DNA of 64,000 nt from Lingula anatina (lineage: Eukaryota > Animalia > Brachiopoda), in contig CM120643.1 in NCBI GenBank assembly GCA_051362555.1, positions 6,820,001 to 6,884,000 of the forward strand. Reading direction: 5' to 3'. Shown here piece after piece: positions 63,393 to 64,000 of the stretch. The first letter of the stretch is position 1. Each line of letters begins with the position of its first letter. Under the pieces are notes generated by a model, which was given only the letters and a program-made list of their open reading frames with translations, made no database searches and had not been told where the DNA came from. The translations under genes and the position numbers were made by a program.

Positions 63393-63930
63393 GCACAAAG
63401 AAAAACTGCAGGACCTAACATGGAGAGAGGTGTTTGCCATGTGCAGGAAAGATTATAGTAAGGCTTTGGCAATTATTGAACTGGTCCTCAGTCTACCAGC
63501 CAGTAGTACAGAGAATGAGAGGGCATTCAACAGAATGAAGCTGATCAAAACAGCCCACAGGTCAAACTTATCCACCAGCTCGCTGGACAGTTTGATGACA
63601 GTACATCTGTTATCCAAACCTATAAGGCAGTTCAATCCTGATGCAGCAATTGATGATTGGTTTTCTGCAACCAGCAGGCATCCTACATTCAGGGATGGCT
63701 TAACTAAGAAAAGCAGAAAATTGCAGGCCATTGCTATCTCTAGTACCAGTCAGGAACATGAAATTGATGCAGTTATAGAGAATGATGAAGAAAATTTTAT
63801 TAATCCCAATGAATTGGATGATGAGGATGATGATGATGATGATGATGAAGGTTTTGTGGATGATGATGATGATGAAATGATGGATGAGGACAAAATTTAT
63901 GAAAAGCTAAAGGAACTAACTGGGGTTTAG
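63393..63930 (+). CDS. hAT transposase C-terminal dimerisation exon (ZNF862-like), orphan fragment
   Basis: IIELVLSLPASSTENERAFNRMKLIKTAHRSNLSTSSLDSLMTV...FNPDAAIDDW; acidic tail; acceptor tttttag| before it; no upstream exons seen. Confidence 0.82.
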
Positions 63931-64000
63931 TTTTTTTTTTTTTAATGTGAATAAACCTTGATGAATTTTAGAGAATTGGGTTGATTTCAATTCTTTTAAA

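Noticed and set aside
63393-63930. Intact ZNF862-like host gene
   Set aside because: Only the last exon is present, directly after a truncated Ginger fragment.

Overview
AT-rich animal genomic DNA with spliceosomal introns, probably from a lophotrochozoan or other invertebrate (inferred from the repeat families). I found no intact host protein gene. The one clearly intact gene is a U4 snRNA (38681-38822, minus strand) with a PSE-like element. The window holds two diverged, colinear copies of a ~40-44 kb unit; shared blocks are 1-7796/44296-53833, 18347-20390/57293-58140 and 21097-23690/60812-63287. Each copy starts with a CpG-normal zone carrying three tRNA-like boxes, a decayed spliced minus-strand gene and a fold-back repeat array. 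A visibly CpG-poor zone follows, densely packed with short fragments of unrelated transposons: Gypsy (two linked to TatD), Ginger, EnSpm/CMC, Harbinger-Myb, Tc1, hAT, an RTEX-like LINE, Ulp1 and BEN. Almost all recognisable fragments lie on the + strand, including insertions found in only one copy. A CpG-rich promoter-like segment with a splice donor points into the left mosaic on the - strand. My best overall reading, which is inference, is a tandemly duplicated flamenco-like uni-strand piRNA cluster (transposon trap). All family calls come from motif recognition by eye; no searches were run.
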